From a virus: DNA of 64,000 nt. Positions 18,439 through 26,834 of the stretch are shown here, in pieces. Within the stretch, counting starts at the first letter, position 1; each line of letters starts with the position of its first letter. The position numbers and the translations under genes were made by a program. A model generated the notes under the pieces. The model was given only the letters and a program-made list of their open reading frames with translations, had not been told where the DNA came from and ran no database searches. Location of the stretch: positions 1 to 64,000 of the IMG/VR virus record IMGVR_UViG_3300025697_000013. The stretch is one strand, 5' to 3'.

Positions 18439-19167
18439 TCAAGAGCGATCGTTGTGCTTGGCTAGGATCCCCCGCACAGTCTCGGGGTGCCAGCGGGCGC
18501 CGGTCTTGGTGGGGACTGCATCTCGGTTGAATCGGTTGGCGATCGAGGCCAGAGGGAACCCTTCCTTCCGCAGCCGGTGCATCCGGTTGATCACCGCCTG
18601 CTCCTGCGCGTTCTCGACCAGGCCGATCGCCCCGTCGCGAGCGGGTACCGCGTCGAACCCGTAGGGCACCGTCCCCCCGGTCTTCTCCCCCTTGGCCCGC
18701 TTCTCCCCCAGGGCAGCGGTCGTGCGCTCCCGTCCGAGGTTCCGCTCCATCTCAGCGACCCCGGCCAGGACCGTGAACATGAACTGCCCCATCGCCGAGC
18801 TGGTGTCCATCGCCGACCCGCCCTGATCCACCAGGTGGAGGGCGACCCCGTCGCTTTCCCACATATCGACCACGTGGAGGGCGTCGCCAGCGTTGCGGAA
18901 AAGCCGGTCGAGCTTCAGGGCCACGACATTCAGGACCCCCCCCCTGACACCGACGACTTGCTGCACCTTGGCACCCCCGTGCCGGTCCCCCAGGGGCTTG
19001 CCAGCGCTCACGCCCTCGTCCCGGATCAGGTACGTCAATTCGAACCCCCGCATCTCGCAGTAGGATCGGATCGCCCGCTCCTGCGCCTCGATGCCCAGCC
19101 CCGACTCCGCCTGCTCCTGTGTGCTGACTCGAATGTAACCGACCGCCTGCTTGCTTGCCTCAGCCAT
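18439..19167 (-). CDS. serine recombinase (resolvase domain + short Recombinase DNA-binding domain)
   Basis: YIRVSTQEQ, DEGVSA, KLDRLFR, AEMER...ERT, PYGF, IA..FN...PTKTG.RW. Confidence 0.9.
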   Translation of the reverse strand: MAEASKQAVGYIRVSTQEQAESGLGIEAQERAIRSYCEMRGFELTYLIRDEGVSAGKPLGDRHGGAKVQQVVGVRGGVLNVVALKLDRLFRNAGDALHVVDMWESDGVALHLVDQGGSAMDTSSAMGQFMFTVLAGVAEMERNLGRERTTAALGEKRAKGEKTGGTVPYGFDAVPARDGAIGLVENAQEQAVINRMHRLRKEGFPLASIANRFNRDAVPTKTGARWHPETVRGILAKHNDRS

Positions 19168-19405
19168 TGGTGTCCTCCAAAAATACCACTTCGGCTCCAA
19201 CGGCCTGGCCATAGACCATGCAGTCGTCGTGAGACCAGAGATACGTATCATGTTCGTCGTGGGAGTGGATACGCACAACCCCTTCCGGGAGATATGCGGG
19301 AGAGTGCCCGCCACCGGGCAGGCAAAAAGAAACTCCGGCGTTCGCAAACCGCACCGTACGCTTCCCTGCGCCGTCCTCGTGAATCTGTGGTAGCTGTCGC
19401 TTCAT
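19160..19405 (-). CDS. hypothetical protein
   Basis: Coupled ORF upstream of recombinase. Confidence 0.45.
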   Translation of the reverse strand: MKRQLPQIHEDGAGKRTVRFANAGVSFCLPGGGHSPAYLPEGVVRIHSHDEHDTYLWSHDDCMVYGQAVGAEVVFLEDTNG

Positions 19406-19408
19406 CGT

Positions 19409-19645
19409 TCAGCCCCTCTTCCTGTCCGCAGCCTTCTGGCACCTCTGGCAGCGCGACCCAGCGGAGTCGCACTCGGCGAGCCAGTCCACGCCCCCGCGCG
19501 GCTCTGCTCCGCACACCGGCATGTCGGTATCGTCGCTGATCAGGTGGACCGAGCTGTAGCGAATCCGCCCGGTGTCATCCTCTTTGAGCCAACCAGCCCA
19601 CTCCTCGGTGGGGGTGTAGTCGAGATCATCGTCGTAGCCTGCCAT
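19409..19645 (-). CDS. hypothetical protein, possible Zn-binding
   Basis: VH...CG...CQRC. Confidence 0.55.
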   Translation of the reverse strand: MAGYDDDLDYTPTEEWAGWLKEDDTGRIRYSSVHLISDDTDMPVCGAEPRGGVDWLAECDSAGSRCQRCQKAADRKRG

Positions 19646-19648
19646 CGA

Positions 19649-19882
19649 TCAGCCCTTCTCCCCGTACTCGCCCTCGCCCATGAGCATGTCCCGGGGGTCC
19701 TTGAGCTGCTCCCGCAGGTGGTGCAGGTCTCCGACGTCGCCCCAGTCGCAGTCCTGCTTGTTGGCGGGGTGCTGGGTGGTGGTCGCGTCCAGGATCTCAG
19801 CGAGCATCTTCAGGATCGCTGCCCGGTGCTCGTTGTAAGCCTGCTTCGCCGTCCGCTTCGTGGTCTTCGTGGTTCCCGTCAT
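19649..19882 (-). CDS. hypothetical protein
   Basis: GGAGG RBS; WGDVGDL motif. Confidence 0.6.
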   Translation of the reverse strand: MTGTTKTTKRTAKQAYNEHRAAILKMLAEILDATTTQHPANKQDCDWGDVGDLHHLREQLKDPRDMLMGEGEYGEKG

Positions 19883-19923
19883 GGTGTCCTCCCCGTGGTT
19901 TTCATCCTCGTCAACCTGGGACC

Positions 19924-19974
19924 ACTTTACCGCGTGGACGCAGGGAGTCAACCTTTTGTTCGACGATGCGTCGA
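19924..19974 (-). promoter_or_regulatory. promoter TTGACT-16-TAAAGT plus operator TCGACG-ATG-CGTCGA (19960-19974)
   Basis: Followed by GGTCCC-AGGTTGA. Confidence 0.7.
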
Positions 19975-19975
19975 T

Positions 19976-20548
19976 TTATTTTAGGGCGGCGAATGCGCCC
20001 GCTGCGGGGTGGGCCAGGTCTGCGAGTTGACCAGCGACATTCTGGACACCAGGTCCCCTGGGAACCCATAGGCCCTGCGACCCCACCCACGGGATCGGAT
20101 CGGGAAGTGCGATCACGTCCTCCAGGTGCCAACTCCAGAGCCCCCGGATCGGTACTCGGGTGTCCCCCGTCAATCCACGGAAGTTGAAGTCCGTGGGGAG
20201 GGGAGCCTCCAGGCAAGGCGAATCCATGCCGTGGTGATTTCGGATCCGCACCGAGGTGGCCCTCCGGATCTCCGCGTGGGTGTCCATGAACGGAGCGCAC
20301 CGGGCCAGGCGTGCAACAGCCAGGACGAACCCCAGGGGTGGGTGCTCGTCGAGGTCCGCGCCTGCGATGATGAGGTTCCCAGTGACCGCCACCTCCTCCG
20401 GCCCCCACTTCTTCCCGGCGTGGATCAGCAGCCACCCCCGGAAGTGGGACCGCTTGGTTCGGGTCTCGATGGGCTTTTGTTCGGTGGCGATCAGCGTCGC
20501 CCATGGCTGGATCTGTGTCAGTCCGCGAATCGGTAGCATCTCGTTCAC
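19976..20548 (-). CDS. ASCH domain protein
   Basis: QPWATLI...KPIETR....FRGWLLIHAGK...G.QGLW. Confidence 0.85.
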   Translation of the reverse strand: MNEMLPIRGLTQIQPWATLIATEQKPIETRTKRSHFRGWLLIHAGKKWGPEEVAVTGNLIIAGADLDEHPPLGFVLAVARLARCAPFMDTHAEIRRATSVRIRNHHGMDSPCLEAPLPTDFNFRGLTGDTRVPIRGLWSWHLEDVIALPDPIPWVGSQGLWVPRGPGVQNVAGQLADLAHPAAGAFAALK

Positions 20549-20595
20549 TGAGTCCTCCTCTTGCATCGAACAACCTCTGCGGATAGGATTACCCC

Positions 20596-20937
20596 ATGAT
20601 CAGGAGCCAACGCAAGAAGCTTCTAGAACGCATCGCCGAGACCCCCGGAGCCGAGGACCTGGTGCGGGACCTCTTCGCCGCCTTCGACCGCTTCCAGCGC
20701 GGCCCCTCATACACCAGCCTATCCCAATGCACACCCACCGACCTCCGGCAGATGGCACACCGAGTCCAACTCGGCCTCGACATCCTACGGCACGTCATCC
20801 TCTGCGCTACCCGCCGGCGACTGATCTCACTCGAATACCTGATCCCGATCCGCGCCCACGCGAAGCGAGACCCCATCGGCGACCTCGCCAACCAGGTAGA
20901 GAAGGACCTCTTCCGCAAGACGCTCCCGGAGGTATAG
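20596..20937 (+). CDS. hypothetical protein
   Basis: First of a three-gene plus-strand island. Confidence 0.5.
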   Translation: MIRSQRKKLLERIAETPGAEDLVRDLFAAFDRFQRGPSYTSLSQCTPTDLRQMAHRVQLGLDILRHVILCATRRRLISLEYLIPIRAHAKRDPIGDLANQVEKDLFRKTLPEV

Positions 20938-20940
20938 ACC

Positions 20941-21219
20941 ATGGGTACAATCGCCAAAATCGCACTCGGAGACGGGGTAGATCCCAAGGAGTTCACGAAG
21001 ATCGCAAATCAGATCGCTGAGTACCTGCATGAACGGCACCACGTGATCGTCGCCCACGCGCCCGAGGACATCCCTGCCGAGTCCATCAGGGCAGCGATGC
21101 AGCAGCTCGCCAGGGCCGTCCGCAGGGGCCGTCCAATCGTGGTCACAGAGATCCCCCCGGGGATGGACCCCCAGGTGGCCAGGACGCGGATCGCCGCTGC
21201 TCTGCCAGGCGGGGGGTAG
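20941..21219 (+). CDS. hypothetical protein
   Basis: GGAGGT RBS. Confidence 0.6.
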   Translation: MGTIAKIALGDGVDPKEFTKIANQIAEYLHERHHVIVAHAPEDIPAESIRAAMQQLARAVRRGRPIVVTEIPPGMDPQVARTRIAAALPGGG

Positions 21220-21222
21220 GTC

Positions 21223-22002
21223 ATGGCGTTCATCTGCGTAGAAATCAAGGCGCTCGACCTCTCCGATTTTACCATCCCGCTCCCTGGTGGGATCGAGGTA
21301 GGCCCAATCATTAGCGCCAGGCTCGCAAGTGCCACCGACTTGATTATGTCCACGATCTCGCAGGCGTCCCCTGCGCTCGCCGCGTTCATCCCATTCATGA
21401 AGATGCTTTCAGCAATGGAGGCTGCCGCCGCCGTCCTCAAGGGCATCCCGGAAGCCATCATCACGTTGAACCCGCTCAAGATATTCGACGACCTCGTCGC
21501 CTTTGCTCTGGCGATGGCCGAGCTTCTGAAGCTCTTGCCACCACTGGTCCTCCCGCTCTCGGTGATGAGGTTCATCTCAATCATGATCCTGCTGATGGAG
21601 GAAATGATCGACACCCTCTACGCTCTCAATAGCGCAGTCGAGGACGCGGAACACGCTATCCAAAAGGGGCAGGAGCGCGAGGACGAGGACCTGATCGCCA
21701 TTGGCCAGTGCGCGCTATCGAACGTGGAGGCGGAGGTCGAGCGGCACATGACCATCATCCACATGATTGGGGCCCCGATCAGGATCATCAACGTCTTCCT
21801 TGCTCTCTTCGGGCAGCCATGCTTCCGGTTCGATCCGGACCCCGACATGGATCTCGATGGCCTGATCCACTTCCTGCAGGCGCTCATCGACTTCCTCACC
21901 AAGATCGACATCGACATCCCCGACCTGCCCACCCCGGATCTCTGCGACAGCTATTGGGAGTACGATCCGCTCACTGGCAAAATGATAAAGGTCAACGCCT
22001 AG
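21223..22002 (+). CDS. helical hydrophobic/acidic hypothetical protein
   Basis: 259-aa ORF with amphipathic helices. Confidence 0.65.
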   Translation: MAFICVEIKALDLSDFTIPLPGGIEVGPIISARLASATDLIMSTISQASPALAAFIPFMKMLSAMEAAAAVLKGIPEAIITLNPLKIFDDLVAFALAMAELLKLLPPLVLPLSVMRFISIMILLMEEMIDTLYALNSAVEDAEHAIQKGQEREDEDLIAIGQCALSNVEAEVERHMTIIHMIGAPIRIINVFLALFGQPCFRFDPDPDMDLDGLIHFLQALIDFLTKIDIDIPDLPTPDLCDSYWEYDPLTGKMIKVNA

Positions 22003-22670
22003 AGGTCCTGCTGGAGCAGTGAACGGCGTTCGTAGAAGCGAGGCTCGTCCTTGGAGTACTCGCGGTCCCGAGCGGTCTTGCTCGCACCTGGCCACGAGGT
22101 GAACAGGCGGACCCGGATCTTCATGAGGGTGGAGCCGTAGACCACGCCGGGCAGCACTCTCCAGACCTTGCGGCGCCCCTGCTTCCCCCCGCGTACCCAC
22201 ACCCGACTCCCCTCCGGAAGCCCGTAGGCAACGACGTCGGCCGGGATCCACAAGCTCTGCCGGCAGCCCTGGCAGAGATCCCTGGTGATCGGCGCCAGGT
22301 CGTCCTCTGCACGCTGCTCGAGGTCGGCGTCGCACTCAACGCAGAAGCCTGTCTTGAAGATCCGCTTCACTTGCGACGTGACCCGCTGCGCTGTCTCCGC
22401 GTCCCCCTGGGATACCGGGGGAGCGAACCTCGATCCACGCTCTCGCATCCTTCGTTCCATCTCGTAGGTCTGGACGGACAGGAAGTTGCGGCAGTTGACG
22501 TCATAGATCAGCCCGTCCGGACCCTCGTAGCCGGAGCCCTGGTAGTATTCCCTGTAGCAGCTCCGCTGGGTCATCGGGCGCCACCTGGTGTCTCCCTTGG
22601 TTGCGTCCCAGCGGGCCTGCGAGCGGCAGTGTCGGCAGATGTCACCCATCGGTGAGCGCCGTCCCATCAC
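21999..22670 (-). CDS. Cys-rich hypothetical protein
   Basis: CRHC, CVEC...CQGC; start uncertain. Confidence 0.5.
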   Translation of the reverse strand: MMGRRSPMGDICRHCRSQARWDATKGDTRWRPMTQRSCYREYYQGSGYEGPDGLIYDVNCRNFLSVQTYEMERRMRERGSRFAPPVSQGDAETAQRVTSQVKRIFKTGFCVECDADLEQRAEDDLAPITRDLCQGCRQSLWIPADVVAYGLPEGSRVWVRGGKQGRRKVWRVLPGVVYGSTLMKIRVRLFTSWPGASKTARDREYSKDEPRFYERRSLLQQDL

Positions 22671-22739
22671 AGCCAGGGGTTGCCAGGGGTGCGGCCATAT
22701 GCCGGATGCCCTCGGTTGCGTGGATGGTTATGCTTTCGC

Positions 22740-22964
22740 TCATCGGTCCACCTCCCCTATGCGGATTTGGACGATCTCAGAATCTGGATACTGCTTCAGC
22801 GCGGCGGCCTCGGTCTCGAAAACCAGCATCACCCCAGCCGTGCCGGGGACAGGCACCATCGGCCCCTCCATGTGCGGCGCACAGGAGACCGTACACCGGA
22901 TATCCTCCCACCTCACGAGACGCATCGGGATATAGCCGATCACTCCTCCCCCCGCGTCCGCCAC
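22740..22964 (-). CDS. hypothetical protein
   Basis: ORF in minus operon; start uncertain. Confidence 0.4.
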   Translation of the reverse strand: MADAGGGVIGYIPMRLVRWEDIRCTVSCAPHMEGPMVPVPGTAGVMLVFETEAAALKQYPDSEIVQIRIGEVDR

Positions 22965-23137
22965 AGCGTTACAAGGTTGCGCTCGAACAGCCGCTCCTCT
23001 TTCAACGCGGCCTCCAGTTCATCGCGACGACTGAACACGTCCTCAAGCACCGACTCAAGGCTCCTCTCGGGAGGGGACCATGAGACCTTGCCGTGATCGA
23101 TCTTGACGGTCAGCTCTCCGTTTACGTCCAGGTGCAT
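22940..23137 (-). CDS. hypothetical protein
   Basis: GGAGG RBS. Confidence 0.5.
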   Translation of the reverse strand: MHLDVNGELTVKIDHGKVSWSPPERSLESVLEDVFSRRDELEAALKEERLFERNLVTLWRTRGEE

Positions 23138-23712
23138 TAGTCCCCCTCCCCGGCCTCAAGCCGCTCCTCGCAGGCAACCCACTTAGCCATCCACCACGCC
23201 AGTGCCCGCGCACTCATCACCACGCACGCCCCTTCGCCCGTCACCCGGTGGCACTCGGCAAGCGGGTCAGGCTCTCCGGGCGCGTCCGTCCAGACCTCCA
23301 TGGATACGGGGTCTGGGATGTACTGGGGGGTGGGCGCAGGAGGTTAGGGTCACCAGCATCAAGCCAGCGCCAACGACCCAGGCAGCGACGGTGAGGCCCC
23401 TGACTACGCCTGCCTTCCAGCCCTTTCGGTAGGCATCGATCATCAATTCGCTCTGGTCCATATTCACCCCTCACCTCCCCTTCCCGTCAATCTCGGCAGC
23501 CACGGCCACCACAGGCTCCTTCACCTCACGACTGGACTGGGTCGCCGCGCCCATGCTCCGATTGCCAGCATATGAATGCGGCATTCTAGGGTGTGCCCAG
23601 TGGACCGCTCGGGGTCCCACTTGTCGAAATCGCACCCGCACGGCACCCTACCCTCCAGTCTCTTCGCTATGGCGCGCAATTCGTTGTCTATCTGTGATCT
23701 GTCTTTCACTTT

Positions 23713-24309
23713 TCACCTCCCCTTCTCCGCGTAGTTCACCTCGTAGACACCGTGCCTGACCACCACAAGCCGCCCATCCTTCACGTACCGCAACAGGACC
23801 TCCTCGACCCGGGCAACGATGTCCAGGCCGATGTCGCCCCCCTTCGGAATATCGAACGCGTGCCGGTGCCACTCCTCCACCCGGAGGTGCGGCAGGAGCG
23901 TCGCCGCGGTGAACGGTTCCCCGCGCCCAGGACGGACCCTCCGTAGAACCCCAGCGATGGCTGCTGACCGTAGCTTCGCCTTCCGAAACTCCCGCCTCCC
24001 TGAATCGTCCGACAGGCCCCACTGCGTCATGAAGTGGCCGAGGTTGGAGACGTTCCATACCCGCCCCCGGACAGTGGACAAGCCAGCCCGGTTGAGTCGG
24101 TCCACGATCTGATGCGAGGTGTAGCCAGTGTCCTGACTGTTTCGGATGATAGACCGGACCCGACGATCCTCCGGATGGGGCTGCCGCCGCAGGCGCTTCC
24201 AACGACGATCCATCCGCAGGATCCGCACGGGTTTTTTTCGATACTCACCCATGGGGGGTCTACTCTGCGCCTGCATCGTCGCCCTTGCCGTCGTCGCCTT
24301 TGCCGTCAT
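23713..24309 (-). CDS. DNA-binding protein with Recombinase-type HTH
   Basis: GYTSHQIVDRLNRAGLSTVRGRVWNVSNL resembles the C-terminus of the serine recombinase. Confidence 0.55.
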   Translation of the reverse strand: MTAKATTARATMQAQSRPPMGEYRKKPVRILRMDRRWKRLRRQPHPEDRRVRSIIRNSQDTGYTSHQIVDRLNRAGLSTVRGRVWNVSNLGHFMTQWGLSDDSGRREFRKAKLRSAAIAGVLRRVRPGRGEPFTAATLLPHLRVEEWHRHAFDIPKGGDIGLDIVARVEEVLLRYVKDGRLVVVRHGVYEVNYAEKGR

Positions 24310-24751
24310 TGAAGAGGTCGCCAGTGCGCATCTCCTGGAAGTCGATGCTCACGGTCATCCCGTGGTGGCAGAGCAGATCCCAGAGGGGGGCCCTGTGCTT
24401 CTCCTCATCGAGGGCCGTCGTGACCTCGAAGGAGAAGAAGTAGTTCACGTTGACATCGCTGTCGTCCTCGGTCGCTCCGGTCACCTCGATCTTCGGCTTC
24501 GCCAGAGGGCTGGAGAACTTGAACGTCCACTCCTTCATCGCCTCCCCGATGGAGAGCCAGTGGGTGGCCAAGGCCTTCGGGCCTGTGACCTTCTGGCCGA
24601 ACGCCCCCAGGGACTCACCATTCATCCCGAGGTCCTCCAGCTCGTCCTCGGTGATGTGGGTTCGCAGCTTGATCGTCAGGACTGGCTTCTCGTGCAGCCT
24701 CCCCAGCGCAAACCCCTTGATCCCGCACGTCTTCGTGTCTCTGTGGAACAT
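24260..24751 (-). CDS. hypothetical protein
   Basis: GGAGGAGG RBS. Confidence 0.6.
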   Translation of the reverse strand: MFHRDTKTCGIKGFALGRLHEKPVLTIKLRTHITEDELEDLGMNGESLGAFGQKVTGPKALATHWLSIGEAMKEWTFKFSSPLAKPKIEVTGATEDDSDVNVNYFFSFEVTTALDEEKHRAPLWDLLCHHGMTVSIDFQEMRTGDLFNDGKGDDGKGDDAGAE

Positions 24752-24769
24752 TTCACCCTCCTCCGTTGG

Positions 24770-25078
24770 TTAATCCAGGAGACGTAATACCTCAACCATT
24801 ACCTCATAGCCGCGGAAAAACCCGCGCTCGTTCTCATACTCCATGGGCCGCAGCCGACCAGTGACGAATATACGCATCCCCTTCTTGCCCCGCTCGAATA
24901 GGATCTGACCGATGGGCCCCCATGCCGAAATGCGGAACCAGGTCGCCTCGTCGGTACCAGTTTTTTTCACCTTGTAGTTCGACACCACGCTCCCTACGCA
25001 GTAGGGGGTGCCCTTGGGGGTCTCTCTGGTCTCGGGGTCCTTGCCCAGGCGCCCCAGGATCTCGACTCGGTTGTGCAC
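24770..25078 (-). CDS. second SSB-family OB-fold protein lacking acidic tail
   Basis: NRVEILGRLGKDPE...TWFRISAWG...KKG.RIFVTGRL. Confidence 0.85.
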   Translation of the reverse strand: MHNRVEILGRLGKDPETRETPKGTPYCVGSVVSNYKVKKTGTDEATWFRISAWGPIGQILFERGKKGMRIFVTGRLRPMEYENERGFFRGYEVMVEVLRLLD

Positions 25079-25088
25079 TGAATGCTCC

Positions 25089-25649
25089 TTATCGTTTGCG
25101 GTACGTCAACTCGCCGAACCGCTCCACCAACTCGTGCCTGTCGGCGAGGCCCTGCAGGATGCTATCGATGGCCAGCGGCTCCCCCCCAACGATCCGGACC
25201 ACGTGCTCCACGGAGATCACCTCGCATGGCTCGAACTCCCGCAGTCGTGTCCGGATGCGCTCGAGGAGCTTGTCGTCCACCGCGTCGGCCCCAGTGCCTG
25301 ACTCGGCATCCCTCGGGGCCAACCGATCATGGATCCCCTTGGCGACCCTCTCGATCAACTCCCCCTGCCCGTTCCGGATCGCCTCTATTGCTGCCAGGAA
25401 GATCCGCAGCGCCAGGCGGGCCCCCCGGACGTAGGGGTCGTTCTTGCGACCCTGCTCCCCGAGGACAATCCCGCTCTTGTGTGTCTCCTGGAGAATCTTG
25501 CGCAGCTCTCGGGCCAGGGAGGGTTCGCAGATCGATGCGTAGACCCGCGCAGCCACCCACGCGGCCTGGTCCCTCGACGGGATCAGAACCCAGGCATCGT
25601 CTGCCTTGCGCCCGGACACGCGGTGAATGACATCAAATTTCCGTTCCAT
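25089..25649 (-). CDS. hypothetical protein, possible C-terminal winged helix
   Basis: 186-aa ORF, coupled. Confidence 0.55.
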   Translation of the reverse strand: MERKFDVIHRVSGRKADDAWVLIPSRDQAAWVAARVYASICEPSLARELRKILQETHKSGIVLGEQGRKNDPYVRGARLALRIFLAAIEAIRNGQGELIERVAKGIHDRLAPRDAESGTGADAVDDKLLERIRTRLREFEPCEVISVEHVVRIVGGEPLAIDSILQGLADRHELVERFGELTYRKR

Positions 25650-26007
25650 GGTCCTTCTGCGACTTCGCGTTCGCTACGGTATCGGTCGGGAACGCAGGCC
25701 CAAGCTTCTCCCGCCATGGGATCATGCGCTCAAGGGGGAAATGCTCCAGTGCTTCCTCGTTCCCGGTGATCAAGATGTGCATGAGCCACCACGCGTCTTC
25801 GACGTACTCCCGCACCGCTTCTCCATGCACCTCGACGAGGACATCCTTGTAGACCTCCAAGGCGATGTTCTCTGCACGCATGGTGTCTTCGGGGTTCTCC
25901 TGCAGCGCCGCGCCGAGCACGACATTCCAGGTGACCCACATCGGCAGCTCCCCGGCTGTCTCCAGGTGGGTACGCCCGATCGCTAGGAGCCTCTCGCGTA
26001 CCATCAT
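25633..26007 (-). CDS. hypothetical protein
   Basis: ATGA overlap with HTH gene. Confidence 0.55.
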   Translation of the reverse strand: MMVRERLLAIGRTHLETAGELPMWVTWNVVLGAALQENPEDTMRAENIALEVYKDVLVEVHGEAVREYVEDAWWLMHILITGNEEALEHFPLERMIPWREKLGPAFPTDTVANAKSQKDHGTEI

Positions 26008-26285
26008 CGCCGTCTCCCCATCGCCTTCGCCACGGCAGCGGGCCTCTCTCCCTTCGCCGTCTCCAGGAGGATGTCCAACCCAACGCGCTGAAGGTTCCGC
26101 ACCGACAGCTTCTCCTTAGACTGGATCAGCAGGCGCACGAGCGTCTCCACCTCCCCTGGGACTTCGTGGATCCCCCTGCACCATCTGCTCACCGTATTGA
26201 TGTTCCGTCCGATGAACCTTGCGAACTCCGTCATGGATACACCGAGGTCCTGCCGCAGCGCAGCTTTGAATTCCTGACCCGTCAT
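26004..26285 (-). CDS. XRE/Cro-like HTH transcriptional regulator
   Basis: FKAALRQDLGVSMTEFARFIGRNINTVSRW..G...VP. Confidence 0.85.
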   Translation of the reverse strand: MTGQEFKAALRQDLGVSMTEFARFIGRNINTVSRWCRGIHEVPGEVETLVRLLIQSKEKLSVRNLQRVGLDILLETAKGERPAAVAKAMGRRR

Positions 26286-26350
26286 CGTCTACCTCTCGTG
26301 TGCGGGGTAATTGGTCATGCCGCCTCGGTGATCTCAGTCAACCTGTGGGC

Positions 26351-26402
26351 ACTCTACGCTACGGCGAAAGATGAAGTCAAGGATTAATCGACGGTTCGTT
26401 GA
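26351..26402 (-). promoter_or_regulatory. promoter TTGACT-18-TAGAGT plus operator variant TCGACG-GTT-CGTTGA (26388-26402)
   Basis: Followed by GCCCAC-AGGTTGA; upstream of HTH gene. Confidence 0.65.
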
Positions 26403-26411
26403 GTCGCGGTG

Positions 26412-26834
26412 CTACTTCTTCCGCTTCTTGGGGGGAGACCGACGCCGCGCTGGCGTCCGCTTCGGAGCTGCTGCCGGCGCTGGGGCGGGAGCACTCGCTG
26501 CGGGGAACGTCCCGAATCGCTCTGCCGCCGCTCGGATCCGAACCCCTGTCTTTTCGGTCCCGGGATCGCGGACGAATGCAGCGCTGATCTTCTGCAGGGA
26601 TCGGTCGCCCATCTGCTTGTCTGCCCACTCCAACGCCCGCGTCATGGCGTCGATGTTTCGACCCGCCTTGACTGTGGTCCTTGCTACCACGGCGGACTTC
26701 CCTGCCCCGGTCACCCTGTCGTGCGCTGGGCGCCGCGTCACCAGCGGCACCTTCCCTTCGTCGTCTCGGAACTCCACGGTCTGAACATGGACCAGCCGCA
26801 CCTCGTACTCTCGCTCACGAATCGTCGTCGTCAT
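26412..26834 (-). CDS. basic hypothetical protein
   Basis: GGAGGT RBS; Lys/Arg-rich tail. Confidence 0.55.
   Translation of the reverse strand: MTTTIREREYEVRLVHVQTVEFRDDEGKVPLVTRRPAHDRVTGAGKSAVVARTTVKAGRNIDAMTRALEWADKQMGDRSLQKISAAFVRDPGTEKTGVRIRAAAERFGTFPAASAPAPAPAAAPKRTPARRRSPPKKRKK

Noticed and set aside
18325-18440. tRNA-like cloverleaf or self-cleaving ribozyme on the plus strand
   Set aside because: Multi-stem look, but no TTC T-loop, anticodon arm, CCA or hammerhead core; kept only as the minus-strand sRNA candidate.
18179-18442. 87-aa ORF across the candidate sRNA
   Set aside because: Its TTG start is the -35 box itself, there is no RBS, and it crosses the ssb promoter.
18439-19167. 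IS607 element (serine TnpA + TnpB)
   Set aside because: The recombinase lacks the N-terminal HTH of IS607 TnpA, and the TnpB remnant is 16 kb away.
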